44,092 nucleotides of DNA, from positions 64,001 through 108,092 of the IMG/VR virus record IMGVR_UViG_3300044825_003843; one strand, given 5' to 3'. The first letter of the stretch is position 1; the number at the start of each line of letters is the position of its first letter. The notes beneath the pieces were generated by a model. It was given only the letters and a program-made list of their open reading frames with translations. It searched no databases and had not been told where the DNA came from. The translations under genes and the position numbers were made by a program. The DNA comes from a virus (taxonomy: Duplodnaviria; Heunggongvirae; Uroviricota; Caudoviricetes). Positions 38,670-44,092 of the stretch are shown in pieces.

Positions 38670-41600
38670 TTAAGCTCTCGTATATGTTATTCTTATCGCC
38701 AAAAGTTCCGCAGTTGCTGCCAAGTTATCGGCAGCATCCGCTGGGTTTCTATTAGCTCTAAATTGTACAAAGTTACCTGCCGCAGGAGTACCTCCAATTG
38801 TAATTGCCGGTGTCGCTGCAGATATATTGACATCATCGTTTGCTTGGTTTGCATCTGTAACTTGTTGTTGTGTTCCGAAAGCTTGGTCAATCGCATCTCC
38901 ATCTGCATATGCTCTAGCAGCCAATCCCCAACGAACACTGTTCGTTGATGCTGTACCTGCCACCCAATAGAATACTGCGGTGATAGTTCCACCATTGTAA
39001 TCTGATGGCATCGGCATTGCCCAGTTTGCAAATGTTTGAGTAGTATCTGGAAACCCTATATAATAAAAGTTTACTGCGTTTGTTGTCGTTTGTGTTATTG
39101 TTGGTGGATTAGCTCCCGATGTAACAGAAGGCCAACCTCCACCAGCTGTTAGTATGATTTGTCCTGTAACAGTCGCACCTGGAGCACCTTGAGCACCTTG
39201 TCCTCCTTGAGCACCTTGGGCTCCAGTTCCTGGTGCACCTTGAGCCCCCTGTGGACCTGTTGGACCTAACGCACCTTGAGCACCTTGTCCTCCTTGAGCA
39301 CCTTGGGCTCCCTGAGCACCTTGGGCTCCAGTTCCTGGTGCACCTTGAGCACCTTGTCCTCCTTGAGCGCCTTGTGCTCCCTGAGCACCTGTTGCACCTT
39401 GAGCACCTTGTCCTCCTTGAGCACCTTGGGCTCCCTGAGCACCTGTTGCACCTTGAGCACCTTGTCCTCCTTGAGCGCCTTGTGCTCCCTGAGCACCTGT
39501 TGCACCTTGAGCACCTTGTCCTCCTTGAGCTCCTTGGGCTCCCTGAGCACCTGTTGCACCTTGAGCACCTTGTCCTCCTTGAGCTCCTGTTGGACCTAAC
39601 GCACCTTGAGCACCTTGTCCTCCTTGAGCGCCTTGTGCTCCCTGAGCACCTGTTGCACCTTGAGCACCTTGTCCTCCTTGAGCTCCTTGGGCTCCCTGAG
39701 CACCTGTTGCACCTTGAGCACCTTGTCCTCCTTGAGCTCCTGTTGGACCTAACGCACCTTGAGCACCTTGTCCTCCTTGAGCACCTTGGGCTCCCTGAGC
39801 ACCTGTTGCACCTTGAGCACCTTGTCCTCCTTGAGCGCCTTGTGCTCCCTGAGCACCTGTTGCACCTTGAGCACCTTGAGCACCTTGTCCTCCTTGAGCA
39901 CCTTGGGCTCCCTGAGCACCTGTCGCACCTTGAGCACCTTGAGGTCCTTTAGCCCCTGTAGGTCCAATTGCTCCTTGAGCACCTTGTCCTCCTTGAGCAC
40001 CTGTTGGACCTAACGCACCTTGAGCACCTTGCCCTCCTTGAGCTCCTGTTGGACCTGTAGCACCTTGAGCACCTTGCCCTCCTTGAGCTCCTTGAGCACC
40101 AGTCGCACCTTGAGCACCTTGTCCTCCTTGAGCACCTTGGGCTCCTGTTGGACCCAACGCACCTTGAGCACCTTGTCCTCCTTGAGCACCTTGAGGTCCT
40201 TTGGCTCCTGTAGGTCCAATTGCTCCTTGAGCACCTTGTCCTCCTTGAGCACCTTGGGCACCTTGGGCACCAGTCGCACCTTGAGCACCTTGTCCTCCTT
40301 GAGCACCTTGAGCTCCTGTTGGACCCAACGCACCTTGAGCACCTTGTCCTCCTTGAGCACCTTGAGGTCCTTTAGCTCCTGTGGGTCCAATTGCCCCTTG
40401 AGCACCTTGTCCTCCTTGAGCACCTTGAGCACCTGTTGGACCTAACGCGCCTTGAGCACCTTGCCCTCCCTGAGCACCTTGGGCTCCAGTCGCACCTTGA
40501 GCACCTTGTCCTCCCTGAGCTCCTGTTGGCCCTGTAGCACCTTGGGCACCTTGGCCTCCCTGAGCACCTTGAGCTCCCTGAGGACCTTTAGCACCTGTAG
40601 GTCCGATAGCACCTTGAGCACCTTGTCCTCCTTGAGCACCTTGAGCTCCTGTAGGTCCAATTGCTCCTTGAGCTCCTTGTCCTCCCTGAGCTCCTTGGGC
40701 ACCTGTTGGACCTGTAGCACCTTGAGCTCCTTGTCCTCCTTGAGCACCTTGGGCTCCTGTAGGTCCAATTGCTCCTTGAGCTCCCTGAGGCCCTTTAGCA
40801 CCTGTAGGTCCGATAGCACCTTGAGCACCTTGCCCTCCTTGAGCTCCTTGAGCTCCTGTTGGACCTGTAGCACCTTGAGCACCTTGCCCTCCTTGAGCTC
40901 CTTGAGCACCTGTTGGCCCTGTAGCACCTTGGGCACCTTGGGCACCTTGGCCTCCCTGAGCACCTTGAGCTCCCTGAGGACCTTTAGCACCTGTAGGTCC
41001 GATAGCACCTTGAGCACCTTGTCCTCCTTGAGCACCTTGAGCACCTGTTGGACCTAGCGCACCTTGAGCTCCTTGTCCTCCCTGAGCTCCTTGGGCACCT
41101 GTTGGACCTGTAGCACCTTGGGCACCTTGGCCTCCCTGAGCACCTTGAGCTCCCTGAGGCCCTTTAGCTCCTGTAGGTCCGATAGCACCTTGAGCACCTT
41201 GCCCTCCTTGAGCACCTGTTGGACCTGTAGCACCTTGAGCACCTTGCCCTCCTTGAGCTCCTTGAGCACCTGTTGGACCTGTAGCACCTTGAGCACCTTG
41301 GCCTCCCTGAGCACCTTGAGCTCCCTGAGGCCCTTTAGCACCTGTTGGACCAATAGCACCCTGTGCACCTTGTCCTCCCTGAGCTCCTTGAGCTCCTGTT
41401 GGACCTGTAGCACCTTGAGCACCTTGCCCTCCTTGAGCTCCTTGAGCACCTGTTGGACCTGTCGCACCTTGAGCTCCTTGACCTCCCTGAGCACCTTGAG
41501 CTCCTGTTGGACCTGTAGCACCTTGGGCACCTTGGCCTCCCTGAGCACCTTGAGCTCCCTGAGGCCCTTTAGCACCTGTAGGTCCGATAGCACCTTGAGC

Positions 41601-44090
41601 ACCTTGTCCTCCTTGAGCTCCTTGAGCTCCTGTTGGCCCTGTCGCACCTTGAGCACCCTGCCCTCCTTGAGCACCTTGAGCACCTGTTGGACCAATAGCA
41701 CCCTGTGCACCTTGTCCTCCCTGAGCCCCTTGAGGTCCTTTAGCACCTGTTGGACCAATAGCACCTTGAGCACCTTGTCCTCCTTGAGCACCTTGAGGTC
41801 CAAAAGCACCTTGAGCACCTTGTCCTCCTTGAGCACCTTGTCCTCCTTGAGCACCTTGTCCTCCTTGAGCACCTTGAGGTCCGGTTTTACCTGATGTTCC
41901 TGAAGAACCACTTGAACCTGATGTACCAGGAATTCCAGTTGAGATTGTTAATCCTATACTTCCAAATAATATTAATACGTCTGTCGCGGTAGGTGCCGGT
42001 CTGTCTGGGTCTATAGTTAAAGTTGTTCCAACTATTGTATAATCCGCATTTAGTGTTTGTAATTGTCCATTTATGAAGAATTGGTGTTGAGAACCGACAG
42101 AAAGTGCCGTTGATAGTGTAAAAACTTTATTCACACCATTCTGAGTTCCTGTAATTGTAATTCCGGATAATACTGATGTGTCTGAACTAACTGTCACAGT
42201 TACAACACTTCCTGACATTGCTGCCGTAACACCAGAACCAACAAAATTTATACCTGTTGCCGCAGAGGTAACAAATACACCTTCGTCATAAATAAATGCT
42301 AATGGACTTGTACCTGAACTTCCTGAAGAGCCACTTGTTCCTGAAGAACCTGATGAACCACTTGTACCTGAACTTCCTGATGTTCCTGAAGAACCTGATG
42401 AACCACTTGTACCTGAACTTCCTGATGAGCCACTTGTGCCAGAACTTCCTGATGTTCCTGAAGAACCTGATGAACCACTTGTGCCAGAACTTCCTGATGT
42501 TCCTGATGAACCACTTGTACCTGATGAGCCTGAACTTCCTGATGTACCACTAGAGCCTGATGAACCACTTGTGCCAGAACTTCCTGATGTTCCTGATGAA
42601 CCTGATGAACCACTTGTGCCAGAACTTCCTGATGTTCCTGATGAGCCACTTGTTCCTGATGAGCCTGATGAGCCACTTGTTCCTGATGAGCCTGATGAGC
42701 CACTTGTACCTGATGAGCCTGAACTTCCTGATGTACCACTAGAACCTGATGTACCACTAGAACCTGATGTACCACTAGAGCCTGATGAACCACTCGTTCC
42801 TGAAGAACCTGATGAACCACTTGTTCCTGATGAGCCTGATGAGCCACTTGTACCAGAACTTCCTGATGTTCCTGATGAACCACTTGTACCTGAACTTCCT
42901 GAAGAACCACTTGTACCTGAACTTCCTGAAGAGCCACTTGTTCCTGAAGAACCTGATGAACCACTTGTACCTGAACTTCCTGAAGAACCACTTGTACCTG
43001 AAGAACCTGATGAGCCACTTGTGCCAGAACTTCCTGATGTTCCTGATGAACCTGATGAGCCACTTGTGCCAGAACTTCCTGATGTTCCTGATGAACCACT
43101 TGTACCTGAACTTCCTGAAGAGCCACTTGTTCCTGAAGAACCTGATGAACCACTTGTACCAGAACTTCCTGAAGAACCACTTGTACCTGATGAGCCTGAA
43201 CTTCCTGATGTACCACTAGAGCCTGAAGAACCACTTGTTCCTGATGAACCACTTGTTCCTGATGAACCACTTGTACCTGATGAGCCTGAACTTCCTGATG
43301 TACCACTAGAGCCTGAAGAACCACTTGTTCCTGATGAACCACTTGTTCCTGATGAACCACTTGTACCTGAACTTCCTGAAGAGCCACTTGTTCCTGAAGA
43401 ACCTGATGAACCACTTGTGCCAGAACTTCCTGATGTTCCTGATGAACCACTTGTACCAGAACTTCCTGAAGAACCACTTGTACCTGATGAGCCTGAACTT
43501 CCTGATGTACCACTAGAGCCTGAAGAACCACTTGTTCCTGATGAACCACTTGTGCCAGAACTTCCTGATGTTCCTGATGAACCACTTGTACCTGATGAGC
43601 CTGAACTTCCTGAAGAACCACTTGTACCTGATGAGCCTGAACTTCCTGATGTACCACTAGAGCCTGAAGAACCACTTGTTCCTGATGAACCACTTGTACC
43701 TGAACTTCCTGAAGAGCCACTTGTTCCTGAAGAACCTGATGAACCACTTGTGCCAGAACTTCCTGATGTTCCTGATGAACCACTTGTACCTGAACTTCCT
43801 GATGTTCCTGATGAACCACTTGTACCTGAAGAACCTGATGAGCCACTTGTGCCAGAACTTCCTGATGTTCCTGATGAACCACTTGTACCTGAACTTCCTG
43901 AAGAGCCACTTGTTCCTGAAGAACCTGATGAACCACTTGTGCCAGAACTTCCTGATGTTCCTGATGAACCACTTGTTCCTGATGAACCACTTGTACCTGA
44001 ACTTCCTGAAGAGCCACTTGTTCCTGAAGAACCTGATGAACCACTTGTGCCAGAACTTCCTGATGTTCCTGATGAACCACTTGTACCTGA
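38670..44090 (-). CDS. Giant collagen-like fibre protein, 5'-partial (at least 1806 aa): G/S/T-only Gly-X-Y tract, two small domains, GAQ collagen tract, C-terminal beta-sandwich head
   Basis: The frame of the 1182-aa track ORF stays open upstream of the ATG at 42218 (...[39 protein letters not shown]...) to the window edge. C-terminal head contains [18 protein letters not shown]. Confidence 0.88.
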   Translation of the reverse strand, partial: SGTSGSSGTSGSSGTSGSSGSSGTSGSSGSSGTSGSSGTSGSSGTSGSSGTSGSSGSSGTSGSSGSSGTSGSSGTSGSSGTSGSSGSSGTSGSSGTSGSSGTSGSSGTSGSSGTSGSSGSSGTSGSSGSSGTSGSSGTSGSSGSSGTSGSSGSSGTSGSSGSSGSSGTSGSSGTSGSSGTSGSSGTSGSSGSSGTSGSSGSSGTSGSSGSSGTSGSSGTSGSSGTSGSSGSSGTSGSSGSSGTSGSSGTSGSSGTSGSSGSSGTSGSSGSSGTSGSSGTSGSSGTSGSSGSSGTSGSSGSSGTSGSSGSSGTSGSSGSSGTSGSSGSSGTSGSSGTSGSSGTSGSSGSSGTSGSSGTSGSSGSSGTSGSSGSSGTSGSSGSSGTSGSSGSSGTSGSSGSSGTSGSSGTSGSSGTSGSSGSSGTSGSSGSSGTSGSSGSSGTSGSSGTSGSSGTSGSSGSSGTSGSSGSSGTSGSSGSSGTSGSSGTSGSSGTSGSSGSSGTSGSSGTSGSSGSSGTSGSSGSSGTSGSSGTSGSSGTSGSSGSSGTSGSSGTSGSSGSSGTSGSSGSSGTSGSSGTSGSSGSSGTSGSSGSSGTSPLAFIYDEGVFVTSAATGINFVGSGVTAAMSGSVVTVTVSSDTSVLSGITITGTQNGVNKVFTLSTALSVGSQHQFFINGQLQTLNADYTIVGTTLTIDPDRPAPTATDVLILFGSIGLTISTGIPGTSGSSGSSGTSGKTGPQGAQGGQGAQGGQGAQGGQGAQGAFGPQGAQGGQGAQGAIGPTGAKGPQGAQGGQGAQGAIGPTGAQGAQGGQGAQGATGPTGAQGAQGGQGAQGAIGPTGAKGPQGAQGAQGGQGAQGATGPTGAQGAQGGQGAQGATGPTGAQGAQGGQGAQGATGPTGAQGAQGGQGAQGAIGPTGAKGPQGAQGAQGGQGAQGATGPTGAQGAQGGQGAQGATGPTGAQGGQGAQGAIGPTGAKGPQGAQGAQGGQGAQGATGPTGAQGAQGGQGAQGALGPTGAQGAQGGQGAQGAIGPTGAKGPQGAQGAQGGQGAQGAQGATGPTGAQGAQGGQGAQGATGPTGAQGAQGGQGAQGAIGPTGAKGPQGAQGAIGPTGAQGAQGGQGAQGATGPTGAQGAQGGQGAQGAIGPTGAQGAQGGQGAQGAIGPTGAKGPQGAQGAQGGQGAQGATGPTGAQGGQGAQGATGAQGAQGGQGAQGALGPTGAQGAQGGQGAQGAIGPTGAKGPQGAQGGQGAQGALGPTGAQGAQGGQGAQGATGAQGAQGAQGGQGAQGAIGPTGAKGPQGAQGGQGAQGALGPTGAQGAQGGQGAQGATGAQGAQGGQGAQGATGPTGAQGGQGAQGALGPTGAQGGQGAQGAIGPTGAKGPQGAQGATGAQGAQGAQGGQGAQGAQGATGAQGAQGAQGGQGAQGATGAQGAQGAQGGQGAQGALGPTGAQGGQGAQGATGAQGAQGAQGGQGAQGATGAQGAQGAQGGQGAQGALGPTGAQGGQGAQGATGAQGAQGAQGGQGAQGATGAQGAQGAQGGQGAQGATGAQGAQGAQGGQGAQGATGAQGAQGAQGGQGAQGAPGTGAQGAQGAQGAQGGQGAQGALGPTGPQGAQGAPGTGAQGAQGGQGAQGAPGATVTGQIILTAGGGWPSVTSGANPPTITQTTTNAVNFYYIGFPDTTQTFANWAMPMPSDYNGGTITAVFYWVAGTASTNSVRWGLAARAYADGDAIDQAFGTQQQVTDANQANDDVNISAATPAITIGGTPAAGNFVQFRANRNPADAADNLAATAELLAIRITYTRA
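39171..41936 (-). repeat. Collagen Gly-X-Y tract (GAQ/GGQ/GPT/GAT/GAK), about 307 triplets, with two Gly-Thr interruptions near the C-terminal end
   Basis: Seen directly. Confidence 0.95.
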
Positions 44091-44092
44091 AC
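42306..44092 (-). repeat. Gly-Thr-Ser / Gly-Ser-Ser triplet tract, at least 595 codons
   Basis: Minus strand reads TCA GGT ACA AGT GGT TCA TCA GGA...; only Gly, Ser and Thr codons seen, with Gly at every third position. Confidence 0.93.

Noticed and set aside
35547-41911. Long ORFs such as LKVLKEDKV... (minus) and STLSSLSTC... (plus) over the collagen tracts
   Set aside because: Alternative-frame and antisense readings of Gly-X-Y repeats; no independent start context or domain.
42299-44080. 593-aa [11 protein letters not shown] and the short MNHL ORFs
   Set aside because: Out-of-frame shadows of the GTS/GSS tract; the real frame is continuous with the fibre gene.
1-44092. Alternative genetic code (TAG/TGA recoding), as in some large phages
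   Set aside because: Genes tile densely under code 11; TAG (1448) and TGA (22869, 29270) act as stops with tight gene packing or coupling.
1-44092. tRNA, rRNA, integrase or IS elements
   Set aside because: Intergenic gaps are at most about 110 nt and AT-rich; no cloverleaf, transposase or recombinase motifs recognised.

Overview
44 kb segment of a large, AT-rich, tailed dsDNA (jumbo-type) phage genome read in standard code 11. The host is probably Bacteroidota, inferred from a consensus TTTG-N20-TAnnTTTG promoter, SprB-like repeats and no obvious Shine-Dalgarno sites. Nearly all genes are on the minus strand. From left to right in the window: (1) DnaG-like primase, a hypothetical gene and a RuvC-like resolvase; (2) about 26 kb of putative virion/tail genes, dominated by very long Thr-Pro-Thr (mucin-like) stalks that link small Cys-rich modules, SprB-like repeats and a LamG domain; (3) a 6.7 kb glycan-tailoring island with two SAM methyltransferases, a CatB-like O-acetyltransferase, two paralogous unknown proteins, a plus-strand GT4 + TibC/Aah-like protein O-heptosyltransferase fusion with an intact Cys4 iron-finger motif, and a DUF6165-like gene; (4) collagen-like fibre genes. 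One fibre gene is 5'-truncated by the window edge, exceeds 1800 aa, and has a 595-residue Gly-X-Y tract made only of Gly/Ser/Thr that the ORF track missed. The main candidate system is a phage-encoded protein O-glycosylation and sugar-decoration pathway embedded among its likely Ser/Thr-rich virion substrates. All family assignments come from motif recognition by eye, with no database searches.
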